Shown here: positions 51,393-62,996 of the stretch, piece by piece
Layout of the letters: each line of letters begins with the position of its first letter
Position numbering within the stretch: position 1 is the first letter of the stretch
Source: Eledone cirrhosa
Taxonomy: Eukaryota
Assembly (NCBI GenBank): GCA_964016885.1
Contig: OZ024743.1
Span: forward strand, 164,982,001 to 165,046,000
Direction of reading: 5' to 3'
DNA length: 64,000 nucleotides
Notes under the pieces: generated by a model
Told to the model about the DNA's origin: nothing
The model's database searches: none
Seen by the model: only the letters and a program-made list of their open reading frames with translations
Program-made: the position numbers and the translations under genes

Positions 51393-52876
51393 TCGAAATA
51401 TAATAAATGAATGTAACAGATAAAATCCATGGGGCTGAAAATCATAGACCGGAGGACGACCGACCATCTAGCATCTTCCACTTTAGCCGGTCGCCCTCAA
51501 AGTGCTGCCCATTCGGCCTACTTAAGGCCATCTGGTGAGGGGGCTAAAGCTTATAGTGTGCTACTAACCTCCCGGTCAAAGAGAAGAAAAACAGAAAGGA
51601 AGAGGAAGAAAAGTCAGCATTAATGTCATGCTACACGAAAAAAGACAGAAAGAAAGAGGAAGAAAAGGAAGAAAAGTCAGCATTAATGTCATGCTACAAG
51701 AAGAAAGACAGAAAGAAAGAGGAAGAAAAGTCCATATTTATGTCATGCTACAGTCAGGCCAGGAATGCCGCGACAAAAGTTATTCTAAAGGACCCATATC
51801 TTAACAGATGTATATATTATAACAGAGGTAAATATAGTGGGGGTCTGCATGTTATAATGTGTGAGCAGAAGATTGGAACGTTAAATTTTTGTTTAGATTT
51901 ATAGGATGAAGTTAAAAAAATTTAAGATTAAAATTATAAAATTTAAAAAATTAGAAAATTGAAAATTAAACAGTTTAAAATGTTTAAGGTTTTGGGTTGC
52001 GAGGTTTAGTTAAAGAACGAGTCTTTTATGAAGAAACTTAAATTGTATTATAGAGTAAAGATTATGTCCTTGTTTAGCAGTCAAACAGCATACGGCGACT
52101 GCAGACTCCGGCCAGCCCATCCTAACCACGTGTCAGCCGTTCCGAGTGAGATCGCCTAGCAAAAGATATGGAAATCAATTATTCCAAGCACTCCAGGAAT
52201 GTATTTCGGGCTTCAGGTGTGCTAGTGGCAAGTCAGCCATCGTCGTTAGGCCATCTTTGTACCAAACGAGTACTATTAATTTACACAGGAGGGGGATTTG
52301 TTTAAGTAGAGGGAGGCATGATACAGCTAATAGTTATGATTAGGCCTAGAATTTAAAGGTACTATATGGCGGTCAAAAAACGACTGCACGTCGGGCCCCT
52401 GGGGCAAATCAAGCCACTTCGAGTAACTTCATTTACTGAAAGAAGGGGAAATTTATTTTTCCAAGCACTCAAGGTAGGCCTATGCACAGGGAGGCCGGTC
52501 CCGCAGCCAGGAAAAACCAACCCAACAGTCCGACAGAAAATTGGAACATTGACATTAACGCTGACTTTTCTTCATCTTCCTTGTAGCATGACATTAATGC
52601 TGACTTTTCTTCCTTTTCTTCCTCTTTCTTTCTGTCATTTTTCTTGTAGCATGACATTAACGCTGACTTGTCTTCCTCTTCCTTTCTGTTTTTCTTCTCT
52701 TTGACCGGGAGGTTAGTAGCACACTATAAGCTTTAGCCCCCTTACCAGATGGCCTTAAGTAGGCCGAATGGGCAGCACTTTGAGGGCGACCGGCTAAAGT
52801 GGAAGATGCTAGATTGTCGGTCTATGATTTTCAGCCCCATGGATTTTATCTATTACATTCATTTATTATATTTCGA

Positions 52877-52934
52877 ATACCTGATGATATCACCGGATTC
52901 ATACAGAACCCGGTCATTGAAATGATCATAGTAT
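52877..52934 (+). ncRNA. Type I hammerhead ribozyme, intact core
   Basis: ATAC-CTGATGA-TATCACCGGATTC-ATACA-GAACCCGGTCATT-GAAA-TGATCA-TA-GTAT. Confidence 0.8.
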
Positions 52935-53536
52935 AATAAACCTTTCAAGGATTTACACAAGTCCAGCCTCCTGTTATTTTATTATTATATATATACACAG
53001 TTCAAGAGTAACCAATTTTAAAGAGAGAGATGGAGATAAGAGAGGAGATAGGAGAGGAGAGATTGGTGAATTAGTTAGAAGCCAAAGTGTAAAGGCAATG
53101 TGCTCAATGTGCAATATGCAGTAGAAAGCAGCTAGGTGGCTGGGTTCATGCAGACGTTAGGCACGCAGAGCTGGAAATATTCATTAGTTAAGCAAAACAA
53201 GACCACAAATTTCACAAGGAAGACATTATTAAAAGATTGTCAACATATTTTAGTTTGTTGTAAGGAATTAGCACTTAACTATAAACTAGCCACAATTTCT
53301 AATCTCTTGAGGAGTTACTTCCCCTGAAACCACCCTCTAATTAGTAAGGTAAATATGTCCTTTGGCGGCCATCTTGTTACTCATAGGCAGATCTCACACA
53401 ATGCAGCCTCGACAGATGAATACTGCTTGATTATGGCTGACAATTGATACAACCAGGACACCATAGTGAAATACCAATATATGGAACATTACATTATGTA
53501 ACATTCTCTCCTTATTTTAATTTATATTCCTTTGAA

Positions 53537-53655
53537 GTTCCGATGAGCCGCTCTGTTTTTAAATATGTTAATTATTTTCAACTGAACCAGATCAATTATG
53601 ATATATAGTCATCTGATCCAGAAATATTATATGGAGTAGCGAAACAATTGTAAAC
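53537..53655 (+). ncRNA. Hammerhead-like motif with extended stem II
   Basis: GTT-CCGATGA-GCCGCTC-(~80 nt)-GAGTAGC-GAAA-CAATTG-TA-AAC; palindromic ACAATTGT; core has U4->C. Confidence 0.6.
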
Positions 53656-53680
53656 GGACATTATTATTATTATTATTCTC

Positions 53681-53870
53681 CGGTGGATTGGCAGTATCGG
53701 TAGAGGGTCGGACGCCATGCTTTAACGCATAGAGTTACGGCCCTTGCCATTCTGAGTTCAAATCCCGTCGGGGTTAACTTTGCCTTTCATCCTTACGGGG
53801 TCGATAAAATAAAGTACCAGTAATGCACTGAGTAACTGCTGGCCTTGTGCCAAACGTAGAAACAATTATT
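53681..53870 (+). mobile_element. Nin/Deu-like SINE with TSD-like ATTATTATTCTC
   Basis: Head, core and tail; ATTATTATTCTC on both flanks. Confidence 0.88.
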
Positions 53871-53961
53871 ATTATTATTCTCTACATTCCTTACATCAAA
53901 CTAAAATATGTTGACAATCTTTTAATAATGTCTTCCTTGTGGTCTTGTTTTGCTTAACTAA

Positions 53962-54006
<45 letters not shown>

Positions 54007-54489
54007 CATCATATTATTATTTTGCATCCACTTTTCCTTGCTATAAATGAAAGATAGTTGTAAAGATTTCTTTCTTAACACCTGACTGGCTTGGAACCCA
54101 CAGTTCAGACTGTCCTCTTACTCCCTCCTCTTTGTTCTATATATATGTATATGTATATATATATAGAGAGAGAGAGAGATTATTGTTGTGTATGCATTGG
54201 TGTATGTATATGAGTGTGAGTATATATATATATGTTTGTATTTATTGATATACACATATGTTTGTATGTATATCTGTATATATGTATATGTATGAGTGGG
54301 TATGTGTGCGTGTGTGTGTGTGTATATATATGTATATATATGTGTGTATATTTATATATGTATATATACTTGTATGTATACACACATATATGTATGTGTA
54401 TTTAGGTGTATACAATCGTATGTGTGCAGGTATATGAGCCTGGTATACGTACGCGGGTGCGTGTTTATGCGTATGTATATGTATGTATG

Positions 54490-56880
54490 ACTTTTAGTGC
54501 TCTGCACCTTTTTATGCAGCTGTCATCCTTCATACGCATCACATGTCCATACCAACGCAACCGCCTATCCTGCACACAGCATTTGATTCCTCTTATGCTC
54601 AGTCTCTCTCTCAATTCATTTATGCTTTGCCGTTCACGTATATTACTATTACACATCCATCGGAGCATGCATGCTTCGTTTCTTTCTTATCTACACAAGT
54701 CTTCTACAGGTCTCCCTACCATGTAACACTGCTCTTTGTATGCACACATCATACAGACTGCTTTTCATTTTGAGGGAAAAGCTTTTTGCAGCTAGCAGTG
54801 GCAGTAGCTCCCTGAACTTCTTTCATCCCGTTCTTACCCTAGTTATTGTACTTTCAGAACACCCATCTCAGCTGCTAATTTGCTTACCTAGATAGCAGAA
54901 CCTGTCTACTGTTTCTACAGAGCCCTCTCGTAGTTTGGTAGTGCTTGTTTCCTGGGGCAGTTTGCTGCTTACTGTCTTGGTGCAGCTGCTACATGTAAAG
55001 CCTACATTCCTAACTAAGCTTCCTAAGATCCCACTACATTTCTTGTGTACCCATAGTTTGCATTTGGAGCAGATGATGGAATTGCTACCTACACCTTTCC
55101 TACATATTCAAGGCCATTTCCCTGAGGGGATTTGGGTTCTGTTTTCTCGTCTACTTACGAGGAACTTAGTCTTTGTCAGGTTGACTTTGGGACCCTTTCT
55201 TTCTAGTCCCTGCTTCCATGTTTGGAATTTCTTCTCTAGTTCCACCATAGATTCAGCTATAAGTGTGAGATCATTCACATACAGGAGTTCCAATGGGCAT
55301 CCAGTCTTAAATTCCTGTTATAGCCTGCAATATAATAATGAACAGAAGAGGGCTAAGAACAGAGCCCTGGTGGACACCGACCTGTATGCTAAATTCCTCG
55401 CTATAGTCATTGCTAACCCTAACTTTGCTGACTACTCCCCTCTACATGGCTTGTACAGCTTTCACAAGCCATTCATCTACTCCTAGTTTTCTAAGAGTCC
55501 ACCAGATTATAGCGCGAGTCACTCTGTCAAAGATGCCAGGTAGAGCGGCTTAATTTTAGCTTGTTACTTTTCCTGTAACTGCCTCACAAGGAAGTGGTGC
55601 TTTTTCCTGGCACAAACCCAAATTGCATCTCACCTAGTTTTACCCAGTCCCTAATCAACTGTGCTATAACTGTTTCAGTTACTTTCATGACCTGGTCCAT
55701 CAGCTTTATACCGCTATACTTTCCTCTATCTAGTGCATCACCTTTACCCTTGTAGCAGTTGACAATGATGCTGCTACACCAATCTTTTGGTATGACACCC
55801 TCTAGTATTACCTGGTTAACAATACGTGTGGTTATAGTGTGACCTACTGACCCAGATGCTTTCAGCATCTCGGCAACTATACCTGATGGACCACTTGCCT
55901 TTCCAGTCTTCATACCTTTCATTGCCTTACTTACTACACTGCTGCTGACTTGTACTGCTGGCCCCTCGATAGGGTCCACTTGGGATAGGGTCTCTTTCTC
56001 CCATGCATTCTCCTCATTTACTAATCTTTCATAATAGCTCTTCCACACAGCTTTCTTCTCAGCACTTGTGAGGGCAAGCTCACCTTTATCATTCTGGATA
56101 CACTTCTCTCCAATGACATCACAACTCTCTCTGACACACTGCCTCGCAATCCTGAATACCTCTTGTTTCTGGTTCTCATGCTGCAAAACATGCTTGAATT
56201 TTCTATCCTCTGCTTCCCTTCTAGCTAAGTATACTTGTCGCCTAGTTTCCCTCCTGGTCTCTATGTAATGTACCCTACTACCGCTGTTCTTCCATTCTTT
56301 CCATGCCTGTCTCTTAGCCTTAATTGCCTCATCTACCTTATTCTTCCAACACCAAATCACACTCCTCCTCCCTGTGGTCTTGCTCCAACCACAGATCTCG
56401 TCTGTTACGGGCTGAGGGGTCTTTCAGCTTCCAGATCTTTCTTCTCCAGGTTGCCTTCTGTTTCCAAGTTCGTCTAGTTCTGACAATGGGGTCGCTGACA
56501 ACTAAGTTATGTTGGGAGGTACATTCCTCACTAGGGAAGGCTTTTGTGTTTACAACCGTCCATCTATCTCGTCATCTGATGAGGATAAAATCTCTCTGAC
56601 TAGAATGCTCCCCTGATCTATAGGTGATCAGATGGTTTCGGGCTTTTTAAAGTTTGTGTTACATATCGCCATGTCATTGGCGTCACAGAAGCCTGAAGCC
56701 TTCTTCATTTCTTGTGCCAAACTTGTAACCTCCATGGACTCCATAGAAGCTGTCATGGTGTTTCCCAACGTGTCCGTTAAAGTCGCCTGTAATGATTAAG
56801 AAGTCACTGTTGTTTGTTAGGGCAGTGGTGTGCATTAAGGACTCGTAAAACCTATCCATAACTTCGTCTGGCAACTCCGA
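54490..56880 (-). mobile_element. RTE-clade LINE (APE end + RT)
   Basis: GDFNGHVG..HGG..FGTRNEEG, ORF 55584..56360 MKTGKASGPSGIVAEMLKA, RRLRWYGHVMR; close relative of 10495-12515. Confidence 0.9.
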
Positions 56881-57229
56881 ATTGAGTGCGTAAGCTGATA
56901 TACATTTATACAAACACACATTCACACATATACATTTACACAAACACACACATACAGTCATGATAGCAGCATTCGGTGAATTGGAAATGGGAGGGTAAAA
57001 GTATAACTTTTTATTTATTTATTAACAACACAGTTTAACTCTTTTTTTTTTAAACTCATTTGTATAAAAATTTAATATAATGGTTACAGAACGAAAACAG
57101 TAACAAAAATAATATATACAAAGGAAAGGGAAAGCAAAAAAAAAGAGAGAAAAAAATACACAAGCATGTAATACACACATCTAAGACCACATAAAACAAT
57201 ATGCAGGCGAAAGAGTGGAAAATGAGATG

Positions 57230-57560
57230 CTACCAGAGCAAAAGATAACAATATAGCGAGGAGCACTGGGAAACCTCTCTAATAATTTTTGAGGCAAGTC
57301 AGTACGCTCGCAGTGTTACCTGGGGTGATGGTGGTGCTGGAACAACCAAGTGCCCTCACGAGCATCACCAGTTACCTCTGTTTGGCGAGCCGGCCGTGAA
57401 GAAGAACCTCGCTGTCAGTAGCCCGACTCCCCCAAACATCTCAAACACCACAGGCTGGATAATGTAGTTAGTTGACAGAACACAGTATTTTAGGATTTTG
57501 TTCCTGCCTTGCAATGCGGAACACCGCATGTCTCTGATGTTCCCATCACAGAACATTGGC
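57230..57560 (-). mobile_element. CRE-like LINE REL endonuclease 3' end
   Basis: KILKY..L..NYIIQPVVFE.FGGVG, then WLFQ...GNTASVLTCLKNY*. Confidence 0.6.
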
Positions 57561-57564
57561 AAAC

Positions 57565-57980
57565 CTCCTACTCTCAGCCTCCCTGCATGCTAAGTACACC
57601 CGACGTTTAGCTTCTCTCTTAGTGACTGTATGTCCTTCTCTACTCCCACCATTTTTCCAAGCCTTCCATGCCAGTCTTTTGTCTCTAATGGCCCTATCTA
57701 CCGTGCTGTTCCACTGCCAGGTCACTCTCTGTCTGGTTGAAGCTCTGCCCCAGCCACAAGTTTCTCAGTAGCCTGCAGTAAGTTGTCACACAAGAAATTC
57801 CAGTTATCATCTATGTCATACAACTCTAAATCGTCTTCTTTTTCATCATACACATCTTGAAGGGCTTTCCTAAATTTATATTTTAATGAAAGGTCTTTTA
57901 GCTTCCAGACCTTTCTTTTCCACACCTTCCTGTATGTCTCATTCTTTCTCTTGCTCACTGAGATGTCACTAACGACTATA
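57565..57980 (-). mobile_element. RTE LINE fragment
   Basis: RKVWKLKDLSLKYKFRKALQDVYDEK; near-identical to 23900-24065. Confidence 0.75.
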
Positions 57981-58849
57981 AGTTTTTTGTCACTAACGAC
58001 TATAAGTTTTTGGTGTCACGACAAAAAGGATCCAGTTCACCCTGTAAGGTGGTTGTTTTGGTACCACAATAAGAAGCACCCAGTCCACACTGTATCATGG
58101 TTGATATTAGGAAGGACATCTAGCTTTTGACTTTTCACACTCACTCAAAGATTCAGTAATCTTCAAAACAATCTCATTTTCTTAATTTCTTTCCTCTTTA
58201 CCCAGTCTACCCTACTCTTAATTTCTACCCCTCTCTTTATACCTTCTCTACCCTCTTGACCATATATGATAAACATCAACACCTTCAACTATACCAATGG
58301 TCAAAGAATAATTGTTCCACATCACAGCACACAAATTGATAATGTGACCCCCCCCCCCTACTCCCTCTCCTCTCTAATATCATACTAACTGTATTTTATT
58401 CTATTTTTATTGTCATTTTAACTTATTTACATTTTCTTAAATGAAAATCCCATTCCTGAATTCTACCATATAGTGAATAGTCACTTCCACAATTATAGAC
58501 TTTCTGATAAATAATTAAGTATTGCATATGATTGAACAATATATATTGTAGTCAGCATGTGTAGTCTATTATAATAGACACAGAAACATATGTTAAAGCA
58601 AATAAATTCCTAATCACTTTTCATGCCGATGTTTATATTTTTCTTGGTGCAATACTTGCTTATATTAATATACTCCATGATCTTTTCTGGATCTATATAC
58701 CATATTCCCCTGCTTCGATATTTATGCTTTATGATTCAAAGGAAACCATCGAGTCATACTTACTGGGAAGCAGTTGTCTTGTTTAAGCATTCATTCCTGA
58801 TATACATAAACAAAACCTTATCTACCTTCACATATATATATATTTATAT

Positions 58850-59690
58850 ATCACCCCTCCCCTGTCCCCTCCATCTTCATCTGCCTCACCGAGCTGGTCC
58901 TCACCCTCAACTGCTTCTTTTTCTTGGTTGAGTTCTACCAGCAAGTCACTGGAGTAACCATGGGTACAATAATGGGCCCCAACTACACCAACCTTTTTAT
59001 TGGCCACATTGAAGCCCAAATCTTTGCCCAATACACTGGCCCCACCCCCAAACTATACGGTTGTTATATCGATGACTGTATTGGTGCCCCGACACTCACC
59101 CGAGAACAGCTCGATTCCTTTCTCTCTTTCCTCTGCTCCTCCCATTCCTCCCTCCACTTCACCACTTCCGTTCACTTCTTAGAAATCACTCATCACCTCC
59201 GCCTTCTTTAAACCCATCAACTCCCACTCCTACCTCAACTTTACCTCCTCCCACCCAACTCACACCAAACACTCCATTTCCTACTCCTAACTTCTCCAAA
59301 TCCACCGCCTTTGCATCCAAAATGACGACTTTGAAACGCGGGCCCTTTATCTAGTCTGCCATTTTACTCAGAGTGGTTAACCCCCCCATCTATTGTCCAT
59401 GCCGTCCGCGCCTGCGTCATCCACCGTACCACCACCTTCACCCCATGCTCTCGCCCCCATCCACCGTTTCCCTTTCCCTCACACCTACCACCCCGCCACC
59501 CTACCCCTCCAACGGACGATCCTACAGCTCTTTCAGCACCTCCAGTCAGGCATCTTCCCACTCCCACTCCTCACCTCCTTCAAGCACACACACGCAACCA
59601 CCACAACCTACTCATCTGCAGGTCCCTACCCCCAATTCCTTCCCTGGATATCTCCCCACCCCATTGCCACACTTGCCCTTAACATTACCA
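58850..59690 (+). mobile_element. Penelope-like element reverse transcriptase and thumb fragment
   Basis: LTELVLTLNCF, YQQVTGVTMG...GPNYTNLF...E...YIDDC, then KP.NSHSYL..TSSHP.HTK.SI.YS...I.RLC, LTYHP; begins at (TA)n. Confidence 0.85.
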
Positions 59691-59987
59691 ACATATAAAT
59701 ATATACATAATGTCTATTTTCCATGCTTACAAGGGTTAGACGCTTTATCATGTTATGGGACAAGTCGGGTCAGGTGACCATGTCTTGCTCATATGGAACT
59801 GTGTCTGACTTGGTTTCTACAGCTGGATATCCTTCTTAATGCCAGACACATTACAGGTGCTTTTTATCATGGCACTAAAACCATCTGGCAGAGTAGACTG
59901 GGTGCTTTTTGTATCATAAGTAAATATTTAATCTCATTCCATTTCAATAATTTACAAGAATTATATACGTATTACAAGTTCTCTCAC

Positions 59988-60089
59988 CAACTGTTTGCGA
60001 AGTTCCTCTTTCAATCGGGTTTCAGCAGCAACCTCTTTCATCTTTTCTCTGAATGTTTTAATTTCTTCTAATTTCTTTTCGGCTTCAAA
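59988..60089 (-). CDS. CCDC22: CCDC22 internal coding exon (first in window): FEAEKKLEEIKTFREKMKEVAAETRLKEELRKQL
   Basis: Acceptor TTTCTAG| at 60090-60091, donor |GTGAGA at 59987; 102 bp, phase 0; resembles the coiled-coil segment of human CCDC22 as recalled (LESSRRLAEIQELHQSVRAAAEEARRKEEVYKQL) and joins in frame to the next exon. Upstream exons lie beyond the window or were not found. Confidence 0.85.
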
Positions 60090-60417
60090 CTAGAAAGATC
60101 GAGAAAAAGAGGGACAAAATATTATTTCTTTTCATAATCATACACTTTCACACTCTCCAACAAGAAAGAGAAAGGAAGAAATTCATGAAGTACACTCAGG
60201 TCTCTAATAAATGACTAATTCTGGGGTTTTTTTTAAATCAAGGGAGACAACATAGAAAAATTATCAATTTTCCACACTCACCCACAACTTGCTTATTCCA
60301 ACCTCCCACCCATTATTTGGGTCCTGTGGGTAGATAGGATTTATAGTTTTTGTTTGTTTTTGAATATTCATTATTAGTAAATAGACGTTAAGATATTATG
60401 AAAGAGAAGATATAGTG

Positions 60418-62996
60418 CATAAACAAGTTTACACACTAAACAAAGAATCTGAATACAGATCCTTCCTTGATGAAGACACTGCAGCATTAGATGTAGTTAA
60501 GGCTGAGTCATATCCTAATGGGAGACTTCAATGCTCATGTTGGCACTGGTGATCTGACTTGGAAAGGAGTGATTGGAAGGAATGGTGACCCCGATCTAAA
60601 TATGAATTGAGAGGCCTTATTAGACTTCTGTTCTAGCAATGGACTCTATTATGAATACCTTATTCCAGCAGAGACATCCATAAATATACATGGTATAAGG
60701 GGAAGCAGGTACAGAAATCAATAATTGATTTTGTTATTTTCTCTGAACTCTTCAATTCTATGCTGGATGTACGTGTTAAGAGAAGGGCTGAGCTCTCAAC
60801 TGATCACCATTTAGTTATCTGTAACTTGAAACTACCTAAAGCCAAAGAAGCCCACAAAACTGGCAGCTCCAGGGTGACCTACAGGATAAAGTGGGAAGCG
60901 TTGGTGGATAAGGAAGCCAGGACCAGGTATGCAGATACTATTGCATCTAAATTCAGAGAACTCCCTGAACAAACTGAGGACGTTGTGACAGTGGAGATTG
61001 TTCAGCTCAGCAGTTTCTGCTTCAGCTATTAAATGCTGCAAAAGAGGCTTGGTGTGGCAGGAGGACTCCTTGGTTCAATCAAGAGGTTAAAGATACCATT
61101 GGGGCAAAGAAGGACGCCTACAAAACTTGGATTGGAAATAAGTGCACTTTCTTGCACTTGTGGTACAAGCAGACATGGAGAATCACAGCAGAGACAGTAA
61201 AGGCATCCAAAGTTAAGATATGAGAGGACGTTTTGGAGTTAAGCTGGAATCTGATTCAAATCAGCAAATAAAGTGTCCTGACAGACCATGCCCTCACTTC
61301 CTAATAAGAAGTCTTCCTCCACACCTGCTATCAAGAACATGTCTGCGGTTCTCCTCTATTCAGAGAGGTTCACCTCGTGAGGTGGAGAGAATACTCCTAA
61401 ACTCAATCACAACAGCATCTTTGGATGTACATGAGGTGCATCTGGGAGTGGTGACTAATCTCTCTGAGGCTGATGTTACAAGAGCAGTTAAAGAACTCAA
61501 ATGTGGCAAAGCCACTGGGGAAGATGAAATCCAGTCCAGGATGTTAAAAGGTTTAAATAGAGAAGGTATTCTCTGGCTGACTTGTGTGTGCCAAGTGGCC
61601 TGGATCTCTAGAAAGGCACCTAAGCAATGGCAATCAGGAGTGATAATCCCAATTTTCAAAAAGGGAGACAAGACAGATTGTTCCAATTACAGAGAGATCT
61701 CCTTGTTAAGTATATGCCAAGTGTCTGGCAAAGAAATGCAGGGAGATTGTTGAGTCCAAACTAACTGTTGAGAACAGTGCAGTTTTCACCCCGAATGCAG
61801 CAAAGCCAACCAAATATTTACACTGCGAGAAATCGTGAGAGTATTGCCAAGATGTATATTCTTGTTTTGTAGGCTTTGAAAAGGAATATGACTATGTTTC
61901 TTGGGACCTGCTGTGGAAGGTTCTACGGGAGTATAGGATCAATGGTAAGCTTCTTGCTGCCCTGATGTCTCTATACAAATGCTTGAGTATTTGTGTTCGG
62001 TAAGTGGTGCTAAATCGAAACCATTCAATGAGTTGGATTCTGCCAAGGGTGTGTACTGTCACTTCTCCTGCTCATTATTTTCATGAACAGGGCGGTGGAT
62101 TGGCAGTATCGGTAGAGGGTCGGACGCCATGCTTTCCAGCATAGTTACGTCCCTTTACGATCTGAGTTCAAATCCCGCCGAGGTTGACTTTGCCTTTCAT
62201 CCTTACGGGGTCGATAAAATAAAGTACCAGTAATGCACTGGATAATTGCTGGCCTTGTGCCTAAAGTAGAAACAATTATTTTCATGAAAAGGATTGACAT
62301 CTGCAGCCGGGTTGGAAGTAGTATCATGATTGGCAAGTGTAAAATCTGCCAGCTGGTGTTTGCAGACAACATGGTGTTATTTAACTGGACAGAAGGTGAT
62401 CTGCTACTTGCACTTGATAGGTTTGATGCCAAGTGCTACATGACTGGAATGAAATTCAGTGCTGCGAAAACTGAGACACTCATCCTCTCAAGGAACCCTG
62501 TGCACTGCACTCTACATTTGAATGGAGTTCCACTGAAGCAGTAGAAGTTCAACTATCTCAAGGCCATGTTCACAAGTGATGGAAGGCTGAATTCAGTGCA
62601 AGAATTGCAGGAGCTATTGCAGTAATGCGCCAGATCACCATTCAGTAATATGAAGGGAGGTAAGTGTAAAAGTCAAACTTTCTATCAATTCGGTATTCAT
62701 GCCAACCCTTACCTATGGTCATGATTCTTGGGTAATGAATGAAAGAATATGATCGCGAATACAAGCGGCCATAATGTCTCGAATACAAGCAGCAGAATGT
62801 CTCAGGAAAGAATCGCTGGACAGATTTTACAGGCAAAACCAACAGACAGGACACCCAGGAGCAGACTCCAAGCAAGATGGTCTCACTTGGGGGTCCAGTC
62901 AGATCAGTTGGCGACAGATGCTTCTGACAGGACCCACTTCAAGGGGTGTTTCAGGACTCTCCCTCCATGATCCTCTCAGGAATAAGTGGGAGAAGA
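60418..62996 (+). mobile_element. RTE-clade LINE (second family) with 13-bp TSD AGAAGATATAGTG
   Basis: MGDFNAHVG, SIIDF, AELSTDHHLV, LKCGKATGEDEI, PIFKKGDKTDCSNYR, (GAA)n tail; TSD at 60405-60417 and 62997-63009. Confidence 0.88.
62091..62274 (+). mobile_element. Young Nin/Deu-like SINE with ~17-bp TSD
   Basis: ATTATTTTCATGAA(C/A)AG at 62074-62090 and 62275-62291; nearly identical to the 43237 copy. Confidence 0.9.

Larger units (their letters stand above)
51284..52985. repeat. Long inverted repeat element (arms ~51284-51700 and ~52580-52985), Penelope-like/retrozyme-like
   Basis: Arms are near-identical reverse complements (e.g. CCCGGTCAAAGAGAAGAAAAACAG / CTGTTTTTCTTCTCTTTGACCGGG); inner ends contain ~55-65-bp subrepeats GAAGAAAAGTCAGCATTAATGTCATGCTAC. 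Confidence 0.95.
53177..53968. repeat. Second inverted-repeat element (arms 53177-53268 and 53886-53968), ending in (AT)n
   Basis: ATATTCATTAGTTAAGCAAAACAAGACCACAA...GTAAGGAAT and its reverse complement, differing by one 9-bp indel and one mismatch. Confidence 0.9.

Noticed and set aside
51760-52550. Coding capacity in the spacer of the inverted repeat (ORFs 52146..52343, 52366..52704)
   Set aside because: No RT, GIY-YIG or transposase motifs recognisable in the frames examined.
51284-52985. Classical DNA transposon (Foldback/Mutator TIRs)
   Set aside because: No clear TSD or transposase remnant seen; hammerheads and TA-rich flanks favour a Penelope-type origin, although the inner subrepeats mean a Foldback-like element is not fully excluded.
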